From assembly GCA_050015075.1 (NCBI GenBank), contig JBEKCB010000016.1:34939-98938 (forward strand): DNA of 64,000 nucleotides, in the 5' to 3' direction. Positions 54,079 to 62,135 of the stretch are shown here, in pieces. The notes beneath the pieces are model-generated. The model worked only from the letters and a program-made list of their open reading frames with translations, was not told the origin of the DNA and did not search any database. This DNA is from Candidatus Brocadiia bacterium. GTDB lineage: Bacteria > Planctomycetota > Brocadiia > CAIUPP01. Each line of letters starts with the position of its first letter. Position 1 is the stretch's first letter. The position numbers and the translations under genes are program-made.

Positions 54079-54222
54079 TTGCTGTGAACGATGACAAGTG
54101 AATTCGCGGATGAGTACATGGTCCTTGGTGGGGAAAGGAGTGAGCGATGAACAGCGCGGCCTCGTCAGAACGCAATCTTCTGAGCGAGGCGACGGACCCG
54201 CAAGCTGTCGCCGCAACCCCAT

Positions 54223-54277
54223 GGGCAAGGATGCCCCTGGGCGACTTATCCCGTTTCGAGTCTCTACAAGGAGGTAG
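54223..54277 (+). promoter_or_regulatory. Two CsrA-binding GGA hairpins in the fliC leader, the second overlapping the SD
   Basis: GGGCA-AGGA-TGCCC (54223-54236) and CTAC-AAGGAG-GTAG (54264-54277). Confidence 0.75.
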
Positions 54278-54284
54278 TTAGGTC

Positions 54285-55109
54285 ATGTCTTCAATTGCAC
54301 AGATTGCGACGAACGTCAACGCGCTGAAAGCGTTGAACGCGCTGAACAACATCAACAGCCAGCTGAGCAGCAACGAGCTTAAGCTCGCGACCGGCTTGAA
54401 CGTCAACAGCGCGGCGGACAACCCGGCTGACTACGAGATCGGCACCGGCCTGCAGAGCACGGCGAACGGCCTGACGCAGGCGCTCGCGAACGTGAACGAC
54501 GGCCAGAGCCTTCTCGGCATCGCCCAGGGCGGCCAGCAGGAAATCCAGAGCATTCTCCAGACGATGCAGACCGAGGCCACCCAGGCCGCGAACGGCACGC
54601 TGGGATCCGACCAGCTCAGCGCGATCAAGAACGAAATGGACGACCAGGTGAAGGAGATTGACGCAGTCGTGGCTCAAACCACGTACAACGGCGTCAACCT
54701 GATTGACGGCACCTTCAGCTCGTCCCTGCAGACCGGCGCTGCGACGACGGACACCATGTCCATCGCCATCACGCAGAACTTCGGCACGGCCAGCCTCGGC
54801 GTGGGAAGCCTGGACGTGACGGCCACCGGCGGCGCCAGCACGGCGCTGTCTGACATCAACGCCGCGATCGTGCTGGTCAACAAGAGCATGGGCGCCGTGG
54901 GTTCGTACTCCAGCGCGTTGAACTTCACCAGCGACCTGCTCGGCACCATGATCACCAACACCCAGGCGGCGCAAGGCTCCATCATGGACGCCAACGTGGC
55001 GCAGGTGCAGATGCAGGTTTCCACGGAGCAGATCCTCCAGGAAACCGCCACGGCCGCATTGAGCCAGGCGAACACCTCGCCGGACGCTCTGCTCAAGCTG
55101 TTCCAGTAA
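54285..55109 (+). CDS. fliC: Flagellin (274 aa, essentially D0/D1 only)
   Basis: TNVNAL, LATGLNVNSAADN, TTYNGVNLIDG, ALSQAN...LLKLFQ. Confidence 0.96.
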   Translation: MSSIAQIATNVNALKALNALNNINSQLSSNELKLATGLNVNSAADNPADYEIGTGLQSTANGLTQALANVNDGQSLLGIAQGGQQEIQSILQTMQTEATQAANGTLGSDQLSAIKNEMDDQVKEIDAVVAQTTYNGVNLIDGTFSSSLQTGAATTDTMSIAITQNFGTASLGVGSLDVTATGGASTALSDINAAIVLVNKSMGAVGSYSSALNFTSDLLGTMITNTQAAQGSIMDANVAQVQMQVSTEQILQETATAALSQANTSPDALLKLFQ

Positions 55110-55128
55110 TTCGTAAAGGCAGTTCGGC

Positions 55129-55164
55129 GACGAGGACGAGGCCGGCGACGGCCTTGTCCTCGTC
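55129..55164 (+). terminator. 16-bp stem-loop with GCGA tetraloop after fliC (no U-tract)
   Basis: GACGAGGACGAGGCCG-GCGA-CGGCCTTGTCCTCGTC. Confidence 0.6.
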
Positions 55165-55221
55165 ACCTCGTACCTGCTGACATCGGCCGCCATACCGAGC
55201 GGCCAGGGATGGAGAAACGAC

Positions 55222-55581
55222 ATGCCGGTCGGATTGCAAGCCAAGAAGCAGTACCTGGAGGACCAGATCTCGGGATTGAGTCCCGTCCAACTTCTGATCC
55301 GGCTGTACGACGTGGCCGTCGTGAGCTGCACCCGCAAGGATCAGCGGCGGCTGAACCAGGCGCTCGTCCAACTGATCGGCTCGCTCAACTTCGAGTACGG
55401 CGAGATCTCGCTCGGCTCCTACCGGCTTTACAACTATTGCCTGCGCCAGGCGCGGATGGGCCGGTTCGAAGAAGTGCAAGCGATCCTGGCCGGATTGCGG
55501 GACGCGTGGGTGCGAGCGGAGCGGAAGATGCGGACGGAAGCCGCTATTCCCAATGGTCGGATTGAACGCTCCGTGCGTTGA
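55222..55581 (+). CDS. fliS: Flagellin chaperone FliS (short form)
   Basis: Y...SPVQLLIRLYD, SLNFE, LYNYC, LRDAW. Confidence 0.92.
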   Translation: MPVGLQAKKQYLEDQISGLSPVQLLIRLYDVAVVSCTRKDQRRLNQALVQLIGSLNFEYGEISLGSYRLYNYCLRQARMGRFEEVQAILAGLRDAWVRAERKMRTEAAIPNGRIERSVR

Positions 55582-55610
55582 CGATTCAAGGCGCTTCAGG
55601 AGGCAGGCCT

Positions 55611-57077
55611 ATGGCGAGCACCAGCGGTGCCAGTCCGTTATCGTTGTCCAGCCAGTCGAGCATCTACAGCACGATCTCGACGCTCATGCAGGCCGTGGAC
55701 GCGCCGATCACGGCCGAACAGGCCAAGGTCACGAACCTCCAGAACCTGAACACCGTCTACGATACGGTGGAGAGCGACCTCTCCGCGCTGGGCTCGGCGG
55801 CCACCGCCATGACCAACGCGGTGACACAGCCCCTGTCCGCCCGCACGGTATCCAGCAGCGATTCGAGCATCGTCACCGCTACCGCCACCTCCGCCGCCGC
55901 GCTCGGCTCGCACTCGATCGGCGTCTCGCAACTGGCCGAGAAGGACACCCTCGTCTCCAATCGGTTCACGAGCGCCGCCACGGACATCGTGGGCGCCCTG
56001 GGCGCGGGCAATCAGTCGTTCACGGTCACTGTAAACGGCCAGAGCCAGGACGTCTCCGTGGCGTTGACCGCCGGCGAGACCGACAGCGCCGTCCTCTCGG
56101 CGGTTGCATCCGCCATCACTACGGCCTTTGCCGGCGCGGGCGCCGACGGGGTCACAGCCACGGCCCTCGCGGACACCTCCACCACGAGCAAGCTCGTGCT
56201 CCAGAGCGGCCAAACGGGCGAGACGTACGCGATGACCCTGTCCGACGACGCGAACGGCAGTTCCCTGCTCGCCACGCTCGGCGTCAACAGCCAGTCCGCC
56301 GCGACCGACACGACCGGCGGATACATCTACGCCGCCTCGGCCCTGGACGCCCAGATGACGGTGGACGGCGTGGCCGTCACGCGCGATTCCAACACCGTCA
56401 GCGACGTGCTGCCGGGCGTCACGCTGAACCTGGTCGGCCAGCAGGCTTCCGGCGCCAACCCCGTAAACCTGATCGTCAGCGCCGATTCGGACGCGATCAA
56501 CACCGATGTCCAGAACTTCGTCACGAATTACAATACCGCGCTCGCATACCTGAACAGCGAGACCGCCATCAACGCCAGCACCGGCGCCTCCGGCGCGCTC
56601 TCGTACCAGCCCATGTATGAGAATCTGATCGGGACTCTTCGCTCGACCGTCAGCGCCGCGGTCCCGGACACCGGCTCGCCCGAGGTGCAGACCCTCGCCG
56701 ATATCGGCATCACCCAGGCGTCCGACGGCACGCTTTCGCTGGACACCGGCACGCTGGACCAAATGCTTTCATCGAGCCCCACGGCCGTGGCGGCCCTCTT
56801 CAACTCGACGAACGGCATCGCAAACCAGGTGAACACGGTGCTGACGCCCTTCACGCAGACCAAGGGCATCATGGCCGCCGAAACCACTAATACGAGCAAT
56901 CAAATTACCTCCTTGAACGCGACCATTAAGCAAATGAACGCCGCCGCCGCCGTCAAGGAGAGTCAGTACGTGAATGAGTACTCCCAGTTGCAGGCGCTCC
57001 AGAGCAAAACCTCCGAACAGTCGAGCTACATGCAAAGCATCCTGACCATGATATCCGATGGCACTAGCACTAACTGA
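55611..57077 (+). CDS. fliD: Filament cap protein FliD
   Basis: VSQLA, DAQMTVDGVAVTRDSNTVSDVLPGVTLNL, FVTNYN, LADIGI, DGTLSLD. Confidence 0.95.
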   Translation: MASTSGASPLSLSSQSSIYSTISTLMQAVDAPITAEQAKVTNLQNLNTVYDTVESDLSALGSAATAMTNAVTQPLSARTVSSSDSSIVTATATSAAALGSHSIGVSQLAEKDTLVSNRFTSAATDIVGALGAGNQSFTVTVNGQSQDVSVALTAGETDSAVLSAVASAITTAFAGAGADGVTATALADTSTTSKLVLQSGQTGETYAMTLSDDANGSSLLATLGVNSQSAATDTTGGYIYAASALDAQMTVDGVAVTRDSNTVSDVLPGVTLNLVGQQASGANPVNLIVSADSDAINTDVQNFVTNYNTALAYLNSETAINASTGASGALSYQPMYENLIGTLRSTVSAAVPDTGSPEVQTLADIGITQASDGTLSLDTGTLDQMLSSSPTAVAALFNSTNGIANQVNTVLTPFTQTKGIMAAETTNTSNQITSLNATIKQMNAAAAVKESQYVNEYSQLQALQSKTSEQSSYMQSILTMISDGTSTN

Positions 57078-57159
57078 TCGGCCATTTTATGAAGCCGATC
57101 TTCAGAATGGAGACCGCTTGACGCAATCACCGTCGCCGGATAAAGTCGGGCCTTTGGCT

Positions 57160-57558
57160 ATGGCGAATCCCGAGGCGGACAAGACCGCCGACGCGGCGCC
57201 GGCCCAGGAGATCGCGCAGGACTTGGACGAACTGCGCACGCTGGCGGCGCGTTTCCGCCACCTGGCGCCCACCGCCGGCGAGCCGGTGCTGCGCGCCATT
57301 CTGCTCAAGCGCGAGGCGCTCCTGGGCGCCATCGGCACGGGCGTCGGCCGGTTGACGCAGTCGGCAAAGAGCGCGCTCGCCGGCGTCACGCCGGAAGACG
57401 CCGGCGCGCAGAGCGCGGCCTTTGCCCGGGTGCTGCGCGAGGTCACCGCCATGGACCGCGAATCGCAAGCCGCGCTCAAGAAACGCGCGGACGAGGTCGC
57501 CGACGAGGTTCTGAAACTCAGGGCCGGTAAAAAATGGAGGCAGAGCAATCCGCGATGA
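57160..57558 (+). CDS. FliT-like helical chaperone (start uncertain)
   Basis: Located after fliD; helical pattern LLKREALL...MDRE...LKLRAGKK. Confidence 0.55.
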   Translation: MANPEADKTADAAPAQEIAQDLDELRTLAARFRHLAPTAGEPVLRAILLKREALLGAIGTGVGRLTQSAKSALAGVTPEDAGAQSAAFARVLREVTAMDRESQAALKKRADEVADEVLKLRAGKKWRQSNPR

Positions 57559-57902
57559 ATATGAACCCTGTCAACGGGCTTGGGGCGTCCCAGAACTCCA
57601 GGCCGATCGAATCCCGGAACGCGGGCCGCCCGCCCGCTCCGCAGACCGCCTCGGGCGCCGCATCCGACAGCGTCGAATTCTCGGACGACGCCCGGAAGCT
57701 GGCCGCCGGCGCGTTGGGTCCCGACGCCGGCGCCGCAGGGCAGTCCTCGAGCGAAGAGCGTATCGCGGCGGCGCGGCAAAAGCTGCTCTCGGGGCAGCTT
57801 TCCGGGGCCGCCGTCTATGACAAGACCGCCGCGAACCTGCTCCGTTCCGGCGACCTCGATCAGGTGCAGGAAAATGCCGACGACCCAAGCGCGGGCGCCT
57901 GA
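57555..57902 (+). CDS. flgM: Anti-sigma28 factor FlgM
   Basis: Low-complexity N-terminus, [22 protein letters not shown]...KTAANLL. Confidence 0.75.
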   Translation: MNMNPVNGLGASQNSRPIESRNAGRPPAPQTASGAASDSVEFSDDARKLAAGALGPDAGAAGQSSSEERIAAARQKLLSGQLSGAAVYDKTAANLLRSGDLDQVQENADDPSAGA

Positions 57903-58077
57903 TTTCGCAGGCCGGCCGTTCATCGGCGTGCAGTTCCACTGCTGCGGCGCCTACAGCCGCGTCTATCGCAACCGGGCCGGAACGGCCTACGAAGGGCGCT
58001 GTCCCCAATGCCTGCGGAGCCTGCGCGTGGCCGTCGGGCCGAAGGGGACCGATCAGCGGTTCTTCGAGACGGCGTGA
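57874..58077 (+). CDS. Small Cys-rich (CC...CxxC) putative metal-binding protein (67 aa)
   Basis: [33 protein letters not shown]...GTDQRFF. Confidence 0.75.
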   Translation: MPTTQARAPDFAGRPFIGVQFHCCGAYSRVYRNRAGTAYEGRCPQCLRSLRVAVGPKGTDQRFFETA

Positions 58078-58096
58078 CGCCCATGCGGAGAACGGC

Positions 58097-59077
58097 ATGA
58101 ACAAGCTGGCGAGGCTCCCCTTGCGCGCGGCGGCGGCTCTCCTGGCATGCGCGGTTTCCACCCTCGCATTTTCCGCCGAGTTGGCCGAGGTCGAATATCG
58201 TCCCATCGTGCTCGTCTGCACTTTCGATGCGCCCGACCTGCCGGCCGAAAAGGGCTTCCTGGCCGCGGAAACCGTCGCGGCGGCGCTGGAGGCCGGCGGG
58301 CTGACGCATGCTTCGCGGCCGCAGTACAAAGTCACCCAGGGTTGGGATTACTCGGTCGTTACCGGCCAGCCGACGCAGGGCCGGAAAGACGGCTCCGGCC
58401 GCCGGAATCCGAATGAGAATGACTCCTACGTTTCGTCCGAGCCGACGACGCAGATCAAGGAAGCGTCCAGGCCCGACGCCGACTTCCGCGTTGAGGGCGT
58501 GGTGACGCAGATGGCCGAAGGGCCGAACGTGGGCGCCTGGTGGGTGAAAGCCGCGCTCTACGACCAGGCGACGAACGAGAAGCTCCGGACGGCTTCCGTC
58601 TCGGCCGGCGGCGCCGCGGGGCTGCTGGAAGCCTCGAAGGCCGTGGCGACGGAACTGGAAAAGGCGTATAAGTTCCATGTGCTCGAGGAGCGGACCGAGG
58701 CGGTGCGCCGGTCGGTGGAGGTCGGCGACATGTCGCGCGCGACGGCGTTGAAACGCCTCGGCGAAATGCGGCAGCGCTGGCCGGACGTCCTCCCGCCGGC
58801 GGCCATGGGGCTTCTGCTGGTCTCGACCGCGAAGCCGGCGGACCCGCAGGCGGTGATGCAATGGGGCGCCTGGACCGTCGAGCGGCTGCCGGACGCCGGC
58901 CTCGCCGGCAAGAGGTTCGTGCTGCGGCTGGGCATGGCAAATCCGTACGAGCTGCTGGCGGCGGCGTACGAGTCCGCCGGCAAGTCCGGCGAGGCAGCCG
59001 CCGTCCGGCGCCAGGCTGAAGAAGAGGGTTACACGCGGCGCGAAAAGGCCGGGGAAAGCGGCAAGCCGGGAAATTGA
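58097..59077 (+). CDS. Exported hypothetical protein, possibly TolB-N/CsgG-like N-domain plus helical C-domain
   Basis: Signal peptide (AFS|AE); ADFRVEGVV...VKAALYDQATNEKL pattern. Confidence 0.7.
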   Translation: MNKLARLPLRAAAALLACAVSTLAFSAELAEVEYRPIVLVCTFDAPDLPAEKGFLAAETVAAALEAGGLTHASRPQYKVTQGWDYSVVTGQPTQGRKDGSGRRNPNENDSYVSSEPTTQIKEASRPDADFRVEGVVTQMAEGPNVGAWWVKAALYDQATNEKLRTASVSAGGAAGLLEASKAVATELEKAYKFHVLEERTEAVRRSVEVGDMSRATALKRLGEMRQRWPDVLPPAAMGLLLVSTAKPADPQAVMQWGAWTVERLPDAGLAGKRFVLRLGMANPYELLAAAYESAGKSGEAAAVRRQAEEEGYTRREKAGESGKPGN

Positions 59078-59126
59078 ACCGCAATCCGGGCGCGAAACGC
59101 AACTTTCACTCCACGGGAGATTGACG

Positions 59127-60218
59127 ATGGCTCAGCGCGTGGCGATTCTGACCGGCGGCGGCGACTGTCCCGGACTGAATGCGGTGATCCGGGCGGTGGC
59201 GAAGACGGCGATCCTCGAACACGGCGCCGAGGTGATCGGCGTCGAGGACGGGTTCGAGGGCCTCGTCAACGGGCGGATGCGCCCGCTCGATTACCTTTCG
59301 GTCTCCGGCATTCTCGCGCAGGGCGGAACGATCCTCGGCACGAGCAACCGCGCCAATCCCTTCTGCTACCCGGTCGAAGGCGCCGGCGAAGCGCGATACG
59401 AGGATGTTTCGCAGCGGGTGGTCGCCACGTTCCGCTCCATCCGCGCGGACGCGCTCGTGGTCATCGGCGGCGACGGCAGCCTGACGATCGCGAGCCAGTT
59501 GTGCAAGCTGGGCGTTCCCTGCGTCGGCGTGCCGAAGACGATTGACAACGACCTCTTCGGCACGGACCAGACGTTCGGGTTCGATTCCGCGCTGGTGACG
59601 GCGGCGGAGGCGGCGGACAAGCTCCACACCACCGCCCAGGCGCATCACCGCGTGATGATCCTCGAAGTCATGGGCCGCAACGCCGGCTGGCTGGCGCTGG
59701 GAACCGGCGTGGCCGGCGGCGGAGACATCATCCTGATCCCCGAGATTCCGTACCGGCTGGAGGCGGTGCGCGACTACATCCTGAGGCGGCTCGCGGCCGG
59801 CAAGCGGTTCAGCATCCTCGTCGTCGCCGAAGGCGCCAAGCCGCTGGGCGGACACGTGGTGGAGCTGCGGCGCGTGGCGGACGGGGCCGAGCCGGTCCGC
59901 CTGGGCGGAATCGGCAACAAGCTGCGCGACGACATCGAGGAGGCGACCGGCATCGAGACGCGCGCGACGATCCTGGGCCACTTGCAGCGCGGCGGGGCGC
60001 CCTCGCCGTTCGACCGCATCCTCGCCAGCCGCCTGGGCCGCGAGGCCTGCAAGCTGGCGCTGAGCGGCCGGACCGGCTTTATGGTGGGACTGCGCGGGAC
60101 CGAGATCGTTCCGGTGCCGCTCGAGCAGATCGCCGGCAAGCAGCGCCTCGTCGAGCTGAACAATCACCTCCTGCAGACGGCGCGCTCCGTGGGCACGTGC
60201 TTCGGCGACGGCGTCTAA
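59127..60218 (+). CDS. pfkA: 6-phosphofructokinase
   Basis: TGGGDCPGLN, GGTILGT, GGDGS, PKTIDND, EVMGR, LGHLQRGG. Confidence 0.97.
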   Translation: MAQRVAILTGGGDCPGLNAVIRAVAKTAILEHGAEVIGVEDGFEGLVNGRMRPLDYLSVSGILAQGGTILGTSNRANPFCYPVEGAGEARYEDVSQRVVATFRSIRADALVVIGGDGSLTIASQLCKLGVPCVGVPKTIDNDLFGTDQTFGFDSALVTAAEAADKLHTTAQAHHRVMILEVMGRNAGWLALGTGVAGGGDIILIPEIPYRLEAVRDYILRRLAAGKRFSILVVAEGAKPLGGHVVELRRVADGAEPVRLGGIGNKLRDDIEEATGIETRATILGHLQRGGAPSPFDRILASRLGREACKLALSGRTGFMVGLRGTEIVPVPLEQIAGKQRLVELNNHLLQTARSVGTCFGDGV

Positions 60219-60227
60219 CGTACTCTT

Positions 60228-60332
60228 TCACCACGACGACACGACGGGCACGACGAATGAGGTAGAACGAACACCAAAAGAACGGACTGCTGTAACAGCA
60301 GTTCCGTCGTGGTCGTCGTGTCGTCGTGGTGA
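60228..60332. repeat. Palindromic REP/MITE-like element with 9-bp-period arms (copy 2)
   Basis: 28-bp arms TCACCACGACGACACGACGGGCACGACG and CGTCGTGGTCGTCGTGTCGTCGTGGTGA (26/28 complementary), inner hairpin ACTGCTG-TAA-CAGCAGT; between convergent genes. Confidence 0.8.
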
Positions 60333-60389
60333 GATTTCGTGCCGTCCTGGTGAAATTACGGCAATCCACACCGCGCCTGCCGCCTGGGT

Positions 60390-61943
60390 TCAGATGCTGG
60401 CGTAGCGCGTGCAGTTGCGGCCGGAGACCTTCGCCTGGTAGAGGCACCTGTCCGCTTCGTCAATCATGAGGCTGCCGTCCAGACTGGGCGAATCGAACCG
60501 GGCATGCACCGCCCCGACGCTGACCGTGATCCCGGGCAATCCCGGCGCCCAGCTCTTCGACGCTTCGGCGATGCCGAGGCGGAACTTCTCCGCCACCACG
60601 ATGACCCCCTTCAAGTCCGTCTCCGGCAGGCAGACCACGAACTCCTCGCCGCCCAGCCGAGCCGCAATGTCCGCGCACCGAATTTCTTTCTGGAGGAACC
60701 TGGATATGCCCGCGAGCACTTTGTCGCCGGCCGGGTGGCCGTAAGTGTCGTTGACTTGCTTGAAGTGGTCAATGTCCAGCACGAGGAACCCGAGAGAGTG
60801 CGCATAGCGCCGGGCGCGGGCGATCTCGCCGACGAAGCGCTTCAGGAAGTCGCGCCGGCTGGGCAGCTCCGCCGGTTCGTCGCCGGCGGGCCGTTTCAGC
60901 GCTTCCGCTTCGGCCTTCATCTGGCGCACCTCGGCCGCGTGCTCTTCGCTCCGTTCTTCAGGCGCCGGCGCGGGGCCGCCCGGTTCGGCGGCCAGGCTCG
61001 TCAGTTCCCGCTCGGCCTTGAGGCGGACCTCTTCGTACGAGGGGATCTGGCGCGGGTCGAGGTTGAAGAGATCGCAGAACTGGCGCACATCGCGGGTCAC
61101 TTGCTGGAGGATGCCGTCGAGCGCCTCCGGCATCAGGTTGAACTGCTCCCTGGCCTCGCCGGCGATCGTGATGTGGATGATGCCCCTGTCTTTACTGTAG
61201 AAGAGATGCGATATCTTCGAGCAAAGCAGAAGCACCCGCGCCAGCCGGATGCTGTCCGGGCTCGCGCCCTGCGCCGTGCCGCTGTCCGGGTCGTGGTGGA
61301 AGCGGATCGGGCCGTAAACTTCTTCGGGGATTCCCCAGGTGCGGAGCAGCTCTGAACCGACCCGGGCGTGAGTGAAACCGAGGACGCGCTGTTCGACCTC
61401 CTCGATGCGCGTGGTGGGATGCGCGCGGCGGCTTTCGAAGACTTTGGCATACCGGTCCGGCACGGCGCATTGCAGCGCGAGCATGCCGAGGTCCTGCAGG
61501 ATGCCGGCCGCAAATGCGTCATCGCGCTTGGCCGGCCAGATGCGTTCCGCCAGGATGCGCGCGCCGATGGCCGTCGTTAGCGCGTGTCGCCAGAACTGGT
61601 CAATCTCAAAACTCTCCGGGACTTTCGGGCTGATCTCCGCTTCGAGGCTGAAGCTGAGGACCGTCATGCGCGTGATCTTCAGGCCGATGCGCACGACCGC
61701 CTCGTTGATGGAGGTGACCTTCTTGCGCGAGCCGAAGTAGGCGGAGTTGCTCATCCGCAGGAGCTTGGCGACGAGGGCCGGATCCGCGCTCATCATCTTT
61801 TCCAGGCGCGAGAAGTCCACGTCCGGATCCCGGCTCAGGGTGAGCACGTTGGCGGCCACGACCGGCACGGAGGGCAATGAATCGCTTGCGAGGACTCGTT
61901 CGAGGAGCGTTTCCGAGGATGTCTCTTGAACGCCGGTCACCAT
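60390..61943 (-). CDS. HDOD-GGDEF protein, paralog A (degenerate linker)
   Basis: LPSVP, DPALVAKLLRMSNSAYFG, FWRHA, HHDP; DIDHFK, RCAD, GGEEF. Confidence 0.92.
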   Translation of the reverse strand: MVTGVQETSSETLLERVLASDSLPSVPVVAANVLTLSRDPDVDFSRLEKMMSADPALVAKLLRMSNSAYFGSRKKVTSINEAVVRIGLKITRMTVLSFSLEAEISPKVPESFEIDQFWRHALTTAIGARILAERIWPAKRDDAFAAGILQDLGMLALQCAVPDRYAKVFESRRAHPTTRIEEVEQRVLGFTHARVGSELLRTWGIPEEVYGPIRFHHDPDSGTAQGASPDSIRLARVLLLCSKISHLFYSKDRGIIHITIAGEAREQFNLMPEALDGILQQVTRDVRQFCDLFNLDPRQIPSYEEVRLKAERELTSLAAEPGGPAPAPEERSEEHAAEVRQMKAEAEALKRPAGDEPAELPSRRDFLKRFVGEIARARRYAHSLGFLVLDIDHFKQVNDTYGHPAGDKVLAGISRFLQKEIRCADIAARLGGEEFVVCLPETDLKGVIVVAEKFRLGIAEASKSWAPGLPGITVSVGAVHARFDSPSLDGSLMIDEADRCLYQAKVSGRNCTRYASI

Positions 61944-62135
61944 CACGGTGCCTTCCTGCTTTCGCTGACGCGACCGAACGTCAGTATACTCCACGCGGGC
62001 AATTTCCGCAAATTTCGCAAGGGGCGATCCGGGCTTCACCGGCGCGATCTCGCAGGGCCGGAAGGCGCCCGCTTCCGCCACCCGCCCCATGTCGCGCAGG
62101 GTGATCAGGCTACGAACTCTATGCCGCCGTTTGGA

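Noticed and set aside
54080-54284. c-di-GMP riboswitch in the fliC leader
   Set aside because: I could not find the class I GEMM pattern (GGCAAAC...GAAA...GACGCAAAG) or a class II pattern. An Rfam scan would settle it.
57060-57100. Sigma28 promoter before the fliT-like gene and flgM
   Set aside because: GCCGATCT is present, but no TAAA lies at the correct 15-nt spacing.
59127-60218. pfkA as part of the flagellar system
   Set aside because: Ordinary glycolytic enzyme; nothing beyond adjacency links it to the cluster.
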